A DNA stretch of 64,000 nt. Source: a virus (taxonomy: Duplodnaviria > Caudoviricetes). Of the stretch, positions 16,461-24,214 are shown piece by piece (within the stretch, counting starts at the first letter, position 1; the number at the start of each line of letters is the position of its first letter). The notes beneath the pieces are model-generated. The model searched no databases. It saw only the letters and a list, made by a program, of their open reading frames with translations, and had not been told where the DNA came from. Both the position numbers and the translations under genes were made by a program. The DNA lies in IMG/VR virus record IMGVR_UViG_3300032280_000753, positions 64,001-128,000 of that record; one strand, 5' to 3'.

Positions 16461-16493
16461 CAGCGGAACGCTCTTCCTCTGAGCTACCTGGCA
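16422..16493 (-). tRNA. tRNA-Asn(GTT), no encoded CCA
   Basis: TGCCAGG/CCTGGCA acceptor stem, G73, TTCCG-CT-GTT-AA-CGGAA, GGTTCGATCCC. Confidence 0.95.
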
Positions 16494-16571
16494 ATATAAA
16501 CCCAGCATATCATACATCGCACATACTATATACTGAATTCATAACAATGATAGATACAAGTTCCATAAACA

Positions 16572-16890
16572 TTATAAAGTAGGCTTGCTTGCTTAACGCT
16601 TCTATCTGCGTTCTCTTTCCCGAGAAGGGGCTTTGTCACCATTGCTTTTTAGAAAGGAACACCTAAACCCTCATGGTTAGTCAGGTCGCTTCTGACTATC
16701 TCTAATCATCATGTTAGAGCTTATAATATATTATTTCCGATTTACAAGATTGCTCTTGATTTTCCCCAACCAGCATTATAGACCCAAATATTAAATTAGT
16801 GTGCTGGAGGCTACTTACGGCTCCTTTTATCCCATTGCCTTATCGGACCTCAAAGACGATGAACGGTCCATCGGATAGGATAGAAAACTT
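16572..16890 (-). ncRNA. putative structured non-coding RNA(s) between tRNA-Ala and tRNA-Asn (unassigned)
   Basis: Many short stems (GGACC/GGTCC, CGATG/CATCG, CCAGCA/TGCTGG, CAAGA-GCAA-TCTTG, CTCTAA/TTAGAG, TAGTCAG/CTGACTA, ACCAT/ATGGT, TTCTC/GAGAA); no credible ORF. Confidence 0.5.
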
Positions 16891-16895
16891 ATCAT

Positions 16896-16908
16896 TTTTT
16901 AAAGAACA
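16896..16908 (-). promoter_or_regulatory. boxA-like antitermination element
   Basis: TGTTCTTTAAAAA just 3' of tRNA-Ala, resembling the rrn boxA TGCTCTTTAACAA. Confidence 0.55.
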
Positions 16909-16911
16909 ATT

Positions 16912-16982
16912 TGGATCGGGTGAGAATCGAACTCACAAGTGCGCCGTGCAAAGGCACCAGTTTCCCATTAGCTTACCGACCC
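16912..16982 (-). tRNA. tRNA-Ala(TGC), no encoded CCA
   Basis: GGGTCGG/CCGATCC acceptor stem with G3:U70, A73, GTGCC-TT-TGC-AC-GGCGC. Confidence 0.93.
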
Positions 16983-16999
16983 GTTTAACTTACTCAATA

Positions 17000-17028
17000 A
17001 ATATAGTGGAGCAAGTTAAGTTTGTAAA
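17000..17028 (-). promoter_or_regulatory. sigma70-type promoter for the tRNA-Ala/ncRNA cluster
   Basis: TTTACA-17 nt-TATATT, overlapping an ATATTTA motif; the -10 sits in the loop of an imperfect inverted repeat. Confidence 0.7.
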
Positions 17029-17037
17029 CTATTTTTT

Positions 17038-17115
17038 TCAGCCGATCCAAAAAACTGTTAGTGTAGTAAGAAAAAATGCAACACTAATAATAATGATCAT
17101 TGTTCTATCTTGCAT
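17038..17115 (-). CDS. 25-aa single-helix membrane peptide (not in ORF track)
   Basis: MQDRTMIIIISVAFFLTTLTVFWIG*, preceded by GGGAGGGGAG and 1 nt after the upstream stop. Confidence 0.55.
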   Translation of the reverse strand: MQDRTMIIIISVAFFLTTLTVFWIG

Positions 17116-17116
17116 A

Positions 17117-17944
17117 TCACTCCCCTCCCTTCTTTGCAATTTCCTTAACCTTCTTGCCACCAGGAATACGAACATCGCTATTTAGCAGCTTTTGATTGCG
17201 ACTCTGAACATAGGTGAAGTTCTGAAAATCATTGTGAACTTCATCAAACATCTTCTCTGCTTCATGTGCAGTATGAACATTCCCAATACGATTACGATAG
17301 GTTTCAAGCTTTGCAGTAAGACTTGCAACACTCATGGCAATGTCCATGATAGCCTGGGTATGCTGGGCACGCTTTGCCATAACAAACTCATTAACACTAT
17401 CACTATCAAGAGTAGCCTTTAGTTCAGCAACACGACGACGCTTAAGATCAAGCCATGCGTTTTCATACTGCTTATAAAGATACCTGTAAAGCTTATCGTG
17501 ATCTGTGTTGCTGCCCCAAGTATTTGTTACGTTATAACGAAGGAAATTGCGAACGGAACGCTCTGCATATGCCATACCATTAGGAGCAAATGCAATAACG
17601 GGATCATCGTGATTAAATGAATTCGTGCTGGAATTAATGGGATAACGAATAACGTGTCCAACGTTGGAGTTGACATATCGGAACGTAACAGAATTAATTG
17701 TATGATTACCCCACTTGATATTCTCAAAGGTAAGAGTTCGTCCAGCCTGATCATCAATTAGATTATCCATGATGCTATTACCGCCCCAACGATATAGACC
17801 CCGCCGTGAACGAAACTTATTCAGATACTCAATCTGCTCAAGCGTAGTCTTTGATGTAAACTTTTCCTCAGAACAAATACGTTCAAGTAGATTGCTATTG
17901 TCGATCTTAAAAATGGACTTAGGCATATTGTTTTCTTTCTTCAC
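17117..17944 (-). CDS. hypothetical protein
   Basis: 275-aa ORF, GTGA-coupled to the upstream gene. Confidence 0.75.
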   Translation of the reverse strand: MKKENNMPKSIFKIDNSNLLERICSEEKFTSKTTLEQIEYLNKFRSRRGLYRWGGNSIMDNLIDDQAGRTLTFENIKWGNHTINSVTFRYVNSNVGHVIRYPINSSTNSFNHDDPVIAFAPNGMAYAERSVRNFLRYNVTNTWGSNTDHDKLYRYLYKQYENAWLDLKRRRVAELKATLDSDSVNEFVMAKRAQHTQAIMDIAMSVASLTAKLETYRNRIGNVHTAHEAEKMFDEVHNDFQNFTYVQSRNQKLLNSDVRIPGGKKVKEIAKKGGE

Positions 17945-18384
17945 TTAACAGGGGAACAGTAATGACGGGGACTGAGATTTTTGTTCAACTGGATCCAGCC
18001 AATCTTTTCGTTACAGAGAACCTTGATTTGATAGGCTTCGCAAAGATCATGCGTCGTATTATTAGTGCCGATAATGGTTTTATAGTCAGGCTTTCCAAGT
18101 AGGATAAAGATAGAACCCTTATCGATACGTGTAAAAAATATCTGTTTATTGGGGTAATCTATTAGATCATTACCTCGCCAACGAACATTAGTGCGTCGGC
18201 GTCTCTTACGATTAGTTTCTATAAGTTCAATCTTTGCGCTGGCGATTGCTACAGCGACATTAACTTGGTAAATCCCGCCCATCTTCCAGAAACGTTTGCC
18301 GCCTGGAATATGATCAATATGAGACAACCGCCCACGTTGAGGCAGCTTTTCTGCTATAACGATAGGACTATACACGGGGATCAC
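17941..18384 (-). CDS. hypothetical protein
   Basis: 147-aa ORF, coupled on both sides. Confidence 0.7.
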   Translation of the reverse strand: MIPVYSPIVIAEKLPQRGRLSHIDHIPGGKRFWKMGGIYQVNVAVAIASAKIELIETNRKRRRRTNVRWRGNDLIDYPNKQIFFTRIDKGSIFILLGKPDYKTIIGTNNTTHDLCEAYQIKVLCNEKIGWIQLNKNLSPRHYCSPVK

Positions 18385-18533
18385 CAGTTATCAGAAATAC
18401 GATAATCGTGCTTCTTTGCCTTGTCACGACGTGACCGGCGATCTCGCATAGGACCGCCCTTAAGATTGAAAAGCATAAACTCCGTGATAGCGGAGCGGCG
18501 CTTAGGTTCATTCTGCTTACGCTTATTGGACAT
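18381..18533 (-). CDS. 50-aa highly basic protein (not in ORF track)
   Basis: MSNKRKQNEPKRRSAITEFMLFNLKGGPMRDRRSRRDKAKKHDYRISDNW*; promoter 6 nt upstream; TGA overlaps the next GTG. Confidence 0.7.
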   Translation of the reverse strand: MSNKRKQNEPKRRSAITEFMLFNLKGGPMRDRRSRRDKAKKHDYRISDNW

Positions 18534-18539
18534 ACAGTT

Positions 18540-18568
18540 AATATAACACGTCATTAACCGGTTTTAAA
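18540..18568 (-). promoter_or_regulatory. sigma70-type promoter, leaderless geometry
   Basis: TTTAAA-17 nt-TATATT-6 nt-ATG, extended TG. Confidence 0.7.
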
Positions 18569-18572
18569 CCAA

Positions 18573-18731
18573 TTAATCTTTAAAGCCTAACATGGCAAAT
18601 GTGCAAAAAGGATATGTTAAACCGAAGCCTATCCAACGGATCCATGTATATTTTGACTTTAAAAGAAAATAACCTCCCCAAGCATATGGAAAGGTTATAA
18701 ACATCAATAATATTGAAACAAGTTGTAGCAT
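18573..18731 (-). CDS. 52-aa membrane protein
   Basis: MLQLVSILL... with two hydrophobic segments; ATG just 3' of tRNA-Glu (the track start lies inside the tRNA). Confidence 0.5.
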   Translation of the reverse strand: MLQLVSILLMFITFPYAWGGYFLLKSKYTWIRWIGFGLTYPFCTFAMLGFKD

Positions 18732-18734
18732 TGA

Positions 18735-18809
18735 TAGCCCCAACGGGGTATGATCCCGTAGTCTCACGCCTTGAAAGGGCGGTGATTTAGCCAATTAATC
18801 TATGGAGCC
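18735..18809 (-). tRNA. tRNA-Glu(TTC), no encoded CCA
   Basis: GGCTCCA/TGGGGCT acceptor stem, CGCC-CT-TTC-AA-GGCG; atypical T loop ATCATAC. Confidence 0.9.
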
Positions 18810-18821
18810 AGTTGATGATTA

Positions 18822-18850
18822 AATATAACAAGTAACCAACAATTTGTAAA
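18822..18850 (-). promoter_or_regulatory. sigma70-type promoter for tRNA-Glu
   Basis: TTTACA-17 nt-TATATT, extended TG, overlapping ATATTTA. Confidence 0.7.
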
Positions 18851-18880
18851 CTCATTTTTATTCAATCATCAAAAAAATAA

Positions 18881-19531
18881 TCAGTCTGGTAAACTCCAAA
18901 ATTGATTTAAAGTTTCACCGCATTCTATAGGTGTCCAGCCATTTCTGATATGTCTGTTTCTACGAAAATATCTTGCACCCCAATGGTCTATGCGGATATT
19001 GCAAGGATTTTCTGGACGTGTTCTTAATAACATACCGACGTGCTCATAAACTTGTCGGAAACCTTCACGTCTTGTAGACCAAGGTATTGATACCGTTTCA
19101 CTCCATCCTTTTGGTTCTCTAAAGTTGTGAGTTAAGTGAGCAACCCATCTATGGTTGTCGGTTCTATTGAGATTGAAGGATAAAGGGGCATATGCTCTCA
19201 TAATGCCCATTGATATATCGCCTGTATTGCTTCTTGTTCTTAGAGCATGATATATCATAGTGCAATCATTTGTTCTAACTTGGAAGCCGCTCTCGCTTAT
19301 GCATATACGTGCAAGAGCTAATTGAATGTCTCTTGGTGCTGGACGCTCTACCTGCACCGGATTTGTAGCTGGGACTTCTAATGATGGGTCAGTTGATATA
19401 TCATTAGACCGGTCTTCGCAGCTTACGTTATTTGGCAATATTGGCTCTGGTCTTACCGGAGTAGGCTCAGTTATAAAACTGGCTCCGGTGAGGGCAAATA
19501 ATGCTGTGAGCATTAATAGTAATTTTCTCAT
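18881..19531 (-). CDS. exported protein, SleB/Hydrolase_2-like cell-wall hydrolase candidate
   Basis: Signal peptide MRKLLLMLTALFAL, Pro-rich linker, LALARICISESG resembling the catalytic-Glu helix; AAGGAG SD. Confidence 0.55.
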   Translation of the reverse strand: MRKLLLMLTALFALTGASFITEPTPVRPEPILPNNVSCEDRSNDISTDPSLEVPATNPVQVERPAPRDIQLALARICISESGFQVRTNDCTMIYHALRTRSNTGDISMGIMRAYAPLSFNLNRTDNHRWVAHLTHNFREPKGWSETVSIPWSTRREGFRQVYEHVGMLLRTRPENPCNIRIDHWGARYFRRNRHIRNGWTPIECGETLNQFWSLPD

Positions 19532-19551
19532 AATTTTTCTCCTTAAAAAAC

Positions 19552-19584
19552 AAAAAACAGGCTATTTGTTTGGAATAGCCCGTT
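19552..19584 (-). terminator. intrinsic terminator after lysS
   Basis: GGCTATT/AATAGCC stem followed by TGTTTTTT on the minus strand. Confidence 0.7.
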
Positions 19585-19620
19585 CGTTGCTATTTGTTGG
19601 TTAAACTTAATTATAGTCCA

Positions 19621-20934
19621 TCAATCCGAATTTGACTTTAGTGTAGGGAAGAAGACTACATCACGTAGATTAGGAACGCCAAAGAGAAGCGAAACCATTC
19701 TATCAATTCCAAAGCCAGCACCACTCTGAGGAGGAATGCCATGCTCCATGCACTCAAGGAAATCTTCCTCAATCATCATGGCTTCATCATCGCCATTAGC
19801 TCTGTCCTGCATCTGCTGTTCCAATAGCTGACGCTGTAGAACCGGATCCGTAAGCTCCGTGTAGCACTTAACCACTTCCCATCCATCCACAATAAACTGC
19901 CATTGCTGAACCGTATTGGGATCGTTAGAATGCCTTGCTGCCATAGGAGACATATGAGCGGGATAATCAGTTACAAAAATAGGACCAATAAGCTTTGGAC
20001 GAACGTCCGTCTTAAATAGTTGATCCGCTTCCTTGGCACTCATATCATCCGGATAACGTCCAGTATGCTCATTAAACAACTTACGATATTCTACAACTGG
20101 TGCCTTATGCCAAGCTTCAAGCTTTTCCTTAATATCCTCATTATGAGCAAAGGTATTATGCAGCCTATAAATCAAATCTCTAAAAAGCTTCATATTGTCG
20201 CAATAATCCCAATACGAAGCATACCATTCAAGAGAAGTAAATTCCTGCAAATGAGAAGGATCAATACCTTCATTACGGAACTGCTTGCCAATCTCAAATA
20301 CACGATCAAAACCAGCCGCAGTCATACGCTTAAGATATGTCTCTGGTGCAATACGCAAATAGAAGTCTGCATCAAGAGCATTATGATGGGTTACGAATGG
20401 ACGAGCCTGAGCACCGCTTGCCTGTGGAGTTAGAACAGGAGTTTCTACTTCCATGAAGTTAGTTTCTTCAAAAAAACGACGGATAGAAGAAATCAATTCG
20501 CTACGAAAACGAAACAGCTTACGGCTTGCCGGATGGATAGCACATTCCAGCCACCGCTTACGTCTCATAAGCTCTGGGTCAGTCATGCCATGCCACTTAT
20601 CAGGAAAGCCACCACAAGCCTTCTGGAGCCTCTTAAAGCCCTTGTTAACCAATACGGTGCGCTCACCCGTTGAAGAAGTCCAAACCTCTCCTTGGATGCC
20701 TACAATGTCTCCGATGCGAGGGACAGAAGACCATTCCTTGAATTCCTCTTCATTCATCATCTTCTTATTGAAAGAAAATTGAACCTTTACATCGCTATTG
20801 TCTGAGATATGACCAAATGCAACGCCGCCCATCTTACGATAAGACAACACTCTGCCAACAAGAGAAATAGGATCTCCATCCTTAAGGTAAGTGATATCAT
20901 ACGCCAACTGATTATTTTCGGTATTCCAAAACAT
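19621..20934 (-). CDS. lysS: lysine--tRNA ligase, class II (compact)
   Basis: OB fold (GRV...R.MG..F, GDIVG..G....TGE), EVETP, YLRIAPE.YLKR, FRNEGID..H..EFT and G.PP..G.GIDR motifs. Confidence 0.93.
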   Translation of the reverse strand: MFWNTENNQLAYDITYLKDGDPISLVGRVLSYRKMGGVAFGHISDNSDVKVQFSFNKKMMNEEEFKEWSSVPRIGDIVGIQGEVWTSSTGERTVLVNKGFKRLQKACGGFPDKWHGMTDPELMRRKRWLECAIHPASRKLFRFRSELISSIRRFFEETNFMEVETPVLTPQASGAQARPFVTHHNALDADFYLRIAPETYLKRMTAAGFDRVFEIGKQFRNEGIDPSHLQEFTSLEWYASYWDYCDNMKLFRDLIYRLHNTFAHNEDIKEKLEAWHKAPVVEYRKLFNEHTGRYPDDMSAKEADQLFKTDVRPKLIGPIFVTDYPAHMSPMAARHSNDPNTVQQWQFIVDGWEVVKCYTELTDPVLQRQLLEQQMQDRANGDDEAMMIEEDFLECMEHGIPPQSGAGFGIDRMVSLLFGVPNLRDVVFFPTLKSNSD

Positions 20935-20965
20935 AATGTTCCTAAAACGTTAAAACCCTGCTATA

Positions 20966-20994
20966 AGCATAGCAAGGTTAAGTTAGATTATAAA
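20966..20994 (-). promoter_or_regulatory. sigma70-type promoter for lysS (leadered)
   Basis: TTTATA-17 nt-TATGCT with extended TG; AGGA SD downstream. Confidence 0.55.
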
Positions 20995-21001
20995 CTATTA
21001 A

Positions 21002-21442
21002 TCAAGCCGCCAGGAAATGACCACGGGCATTGTTAACAAGACGCTCAAAATTAATGGGGAAAATCTTACGGAAAAGATTAACGCTCCACTTGCAAGCCTC
21101 ATGCTCTGAACGTCCCTTAAGAACGTGACCCCATTCATGCAAAAACGTAAGAACAGAAAAACGACCATGAAGAGTAATCGTGCTATTCGCAGGACAAAAA
21201 TTTGACCTACCACTACCCTCGTTAAGAACAATGCTCGGATCAAAATCCAAGCTAACGTTAACATTATAAATCTGACAAAGAGCATCATGGAGTTGACGGA
21301 ACTTTTCCATTCGCATCGGCACCGATCCCCTCCAGGGGTTCGAGCTTTTAAACTGGTTCAAAGCTGCAATCGTTTCACGCTTATACTTTACGTCTGCAAT
21401 AACTTCATCCAGCGAACGAGGATAATCAGCGGCGGCAGTCAT
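21002..21442 (-). CDS. small zincin-like metallopeptidase
   Basis: FLHEWGH (HExxH) plus a downstream EHEA; GGAGG SD. Confidence 0.75.
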   Translation of the reverse strand: MTAAADYPRSLDEVIADVKYKRETIAALNQFKSSNPWRGSVPMRMEKFRQLHDALCQIYNVNVSLDFDPSIVLNEGSGRSNFCPANSTITLHGRFSVLTFLHEWGHVLKGRSEHEACKWSVNLFRKIFPINFERLVNNARGHFLAA

Positions 21443-21506
21443 ACTTCACAACCTCCAAAACAATTCCGAAAAACGTGAACGAACCGAATAGAAGAAAAAA
21501 TCCCAT

Positions 21507-21977
21507 TCAGTCACCACTATCAATTTCAAAGGTGACGCCACAATCATTGCACTTATAACGATTGTAACAACGACCGAGATTAGCTACGAAAGCATGATTA
21601 TTGTGCTTACACGCATTAAGCTTTTCATTACGAAAACTAATGAGGCTGGCGAGCGCAGCGGGAAGCTGGTCAGCAGAATAAATCTCAACGCTACGGTTGT
21701 TACCATACATCGTAGCATCCTTGACATTGACGCTAATACGAAGCCCCTTGAACTTCATATAGCCAATGGGTTGATTAAAGATCGGATTACATGAAAACCT
21801 CCAATCCGGAACGATGCTACGTCCACCACGATCCGCCTCAAAAGTGGGTTGGAAACTGCTATTATTCCAAGGCTGCGGTGCAGGGCACGGGAGAGAGATA
21901 TCCCCCATTTCACTCAAACGAGCGAAAATATCGGTGATGGTGTCAACAAACTGCTCAATGGTTTCGATCTTGTTCAT
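21507..21977 (-). CDS. hypothetical protein with C-terminal Zn-ribbon
   Basis: C.H...GRC....CNDC near the C-terminus. Confidence 0.7.
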   Translation of the reverse strand: MNKIETIEQFVDTITDIFARLSEMGDISLPCPAPQPWNNSSFQPTFEADRGGRSIVPDWRFSCNPIFNQPIGYMKFKGLRISVNVKDATMYGNNRSVEIYSADQLPAALASLISFRNEKLNACKHNNHAFVANLGRCYNRYKCNDCGVTFEIDSGD

Positions 21978-21983
21978 GCTATT

Positions 21984-22012
21984 AGAATAACATAAATAAT
22001 TTGATATTTCAA
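21984..22012 (-). promoter_or_regulatory. sigma70-type promoter, leaderless geometry
   Basis: TTGAAA-17 nt-TATTCT-6 nt-ATG, extended TG. Confidence 0.75.
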
Positions 22013-22033
22013 GTAAATAAAAATCTAATGATA

Positions 22034-22612
22034 TCAGCTATTTACATCAAATTTTATATTTGAAACCATATGGGTGCCACCTGCATCGCCTGTGAAGGAA
22101 GAAAAGCAAAGCATGAATGGTTCATTAACCAAGCCAAAGAATGGCATATCATGGAAAGCATATGCCACTATAGACATATCGTTAACACGAACAACTACGG
22201 TTTCAAGTTCGTGATCATAAATTACGTTTACTTCTTTTTCTTTGCCGTCGTTAAAGCGTTCATTGCAAGAAGCTTGTGCAACTTTTGTTCCTTCAAAATA
22301 AACAACGACTTCATTTCCGCTATTGTTTTCTAAATTTTTGAAAGTATCTAAAGAAACGGCAAAAAGCTCTTGTCTATCTTTTGAACAAAGCTTCATACGT
22401 ATACCATCGCCACCTTTTCCATCAGCATCAGAAATGCCTTTTGGATTTGTAATGTTAGCTACGAAGGAACATACCCATGATGCATCTGAAACAGAGATAG
22501 GTGCAAGGATTGTCATTTCACCATCCGAATGAAGACCAGACGTTAATATAACTCCAACGCCTTCCTTCTTTGCATCACCTTTAAGTTGAATTTTTGTATC
22601 TTTTTGTGCCAT
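22034..22612 (-). CDS. stand-alone L-type (legume) lectin-like protein
   Basis: GGDGI, FAVSLDTFKN and FSSFTG match L-lectin GADG / AVEFDT / GFSA.TG motifs. Confidence 0.7.
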   Translation of the reverse strand: MAQKDTKIQLKGDAKKEGVGVILTSGLHSDGEMTILAPISVSDASWVCSFVANITNPKGISDADGKGGDGIRMKLCSKDRQELFAVSLDTFKNLENNSGNEVVVYFEGTKVAQASCNERFNDGKEKEVNVIYDHELETVVVRVNDMSIVAYAFHDMPFFGLVNEPFMLCFSSFTGDAGGTHMVSNIKFDVNS

Positions 22613-22660
22613 ATAGTTTTTAAAATATATTTCGTCTTAGCTTAAGTATAATAAACACAT

Positions 22661-23314
22661 ATGAAAATAATAAAATTAATCAATCAACATATTCCTATAT
22701 GGTCAATGCTTTGCGGAGATCATGCTTTAAAGGCAGTAGTTGAGAACATTAATCCTAAACTTTTATCAGCCCCGAATTTTCTAAATCCTTTGGAAAACAA
22801 ATTGCGGTTAGATGTTTTTATAGACAGACGTGAATGGATATGGAATTCCATGAAAGATAATGTTGCATTCGCATTGGTTGAATTTGACATAGAAGAACTA
22901 ATGACATTTAAAACTTGTTTTACAAACGTTTCTTTTAAAGAGTTTTCTGAAGAATATCAAAAAGCTTGTAAAAAAGGAAAAGGCTTTATTATTAAACGCC
23001 CAAGGCACAGCACCGATTTAGAAAAATCTAAAGAAAATGTTGAACACGTTTGCAAAGAACTAACTACAAAAATAGAAAACGATTTTTTAAAGATACAAAA
23101 AATAAAAGCAAAAGATGTTTTAAATCCAATGCTTAATAATGAAAACAATATATATTTGGCAAGTAATCGTGGATTGGTGATGAAATCGAAAAGCTCGAAT
23201 AACGTTACAATTATGGATGCTACACATAGATTGACTGCATATGCCGTTTCGAAAATGAATAAAAAAAGCTGCCTCCCTGATAAGCTATATGCTTTCTATT
23301 GGGAGGAAGCTTAA
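22661..23314 (+). CDS. hypothetical protein, possible ParB/Srx-like fold
   Basis: IMDATHRL resembles the ParB/Srx DGxHR motif. Confidence 0.55.
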   Translation: MKIIKLINQHIPIWSMLCGDHALKAVVENINPKLLSAPNFLNPLENKLRLDVFIDRREWIWNSMKDNVAFALVEFDIEELMTFKTCFTNVSFKEFSEEYQKACKKGKGFIIKRPRHSTDLEKSKENVEHVCKELTTKIENDFLKIQKIKAKDVLNPMLNNENNIYLASNRGLVMKSKSSNNVTIMDATHRLTAYAVSKMNKKSCLPDKLYAFYWEEA

Positions 23315-23316
23315 TT

Positions 23317-23691
23317 TTATCCACGACGTTTTTCCATATAAGGGAAGATGCTGTAAGTAGTGCCATGTTTCTTGAAAACAAACGTCCCTAATACATTTCC
23401 ATATATTATAGATTTATTCTTCAATAAAGCCGCAAGTCCACTTTGGTTCATCCAATATCTTGCGCCGGTTTCAGTATCCTCCCAAAGTATCTTACCACCG
23501 TAATACATATTGATAAATTTTAAATTAGCATCAAAACGAATATTCTCTCGCCAATCATATTTTGCTTCCCAATTTGGTTTACGCATTTCATAATGAGTAA
23601 TCTGGTGAGGAACGCTTCCAATTGGAAGATTATTGGCTTTATCAGCTTCTTTTATAAAAGGAACCCTGTAATCTACTTTTTTTCTTGGCAT
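23317..23691 (-). CDS. hypothetical protein
   Basis: 124-aa ATG ORF. Confidence 0.7.
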   Translation of the reverse strand: MPRKKVDYRVPFIKEADKANNLPIGSVPHQITHYEMRKPNWEAKYDWRENIRFDANLKFINMYYGGKILWEDTETGARYWMNQSGLAALLKNKSIIYGNVLGTFVFKKHGTTYSIFPYMEKRRG

Positions 23692-23746
23692 AAAACCGCT
23701 AATACCATATCTGTTTTATATGCTTGGAATAAGTAGATAGCATCCG

Positions 23747-24214
23747 TCATTCTAAAATACGTATTTTTTGCAGGGATATGCCCCGACGCTTCCACATATA
23801 TCTACGCCAACGTCGCATCAATCTACGTAGCCACCAAAAAGGACGGCGCTGATATCCATCTTTCTTTTCATGGCAAGGAACACAAAGAGGCTGAACGTTA
23901 TCTGGTGTATTTGTGCCTCCTGCGTTAATAGACAAAATATGATCGAGCGTTAACTTGTTTCGCCCTTTAATGTTGCAATTGGCGCAACTCCAATTACATT
24001 TTTGCAATACTGTTAACCATTCACGAGTAGTAATCCGTCCGGTAGGATATCTCTTGTTCCTCTTAGAACGATTATTGGAACGCAGACGCAAACGTTCTGA
24101 ATTCCAACACTCTCGACATATATGTTCTGAAAATTGGGAAGCAGCCTCTTGCTTTCGCTTATCGCAAAAACACAACTGACACGTATGTTCCTTTTTTCTA
24201 AACCAATGTAGCAT
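23747..24214 (-). CDS. HNH endonuclease
   Basis: CANC...LTLDHI...GGTN..DNVQPLCVPCH. Confidence 0.88.
   Translation of the reverse strand: MLHWFRKKEHTCQLCFCDKRKQEAASQFSEHICRECWNSERLRLRSNNRSKRNKRYPTGRITTREWLTVLQKCNWSCANCNIKGRNKLTLDHILSINAGGTNTPDNVQPLCVPCHEKKDGYQRRPFWWLRRLMRRWRRYMWKRRGISLQKIRILE

Noticed and set aside
16627-16640. Twister ribozyme (GGTGACAAAGCCCC resembles the P4 loop)
   Set aside because: An extra A is present and no downstream GAG-containing partner for the T1 pseudoknot could be found; a covariance search would settle it.
15598-16982. tmRNA or RNase P RNA
   Set aside because: No tmRNA-type acceptor/T-arm ends or tag ORF ending in Ala-Ala, and no GAGGAAAGTCC P4 motif; tRNA-Ala is a complete ordinary cloverleaf.
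19621-20934. EpmA/GenX (EF-P lysyltransferase)
   Set aside because: The N-terminal anticodon-binding OB fold is present, which EpmA lacks.
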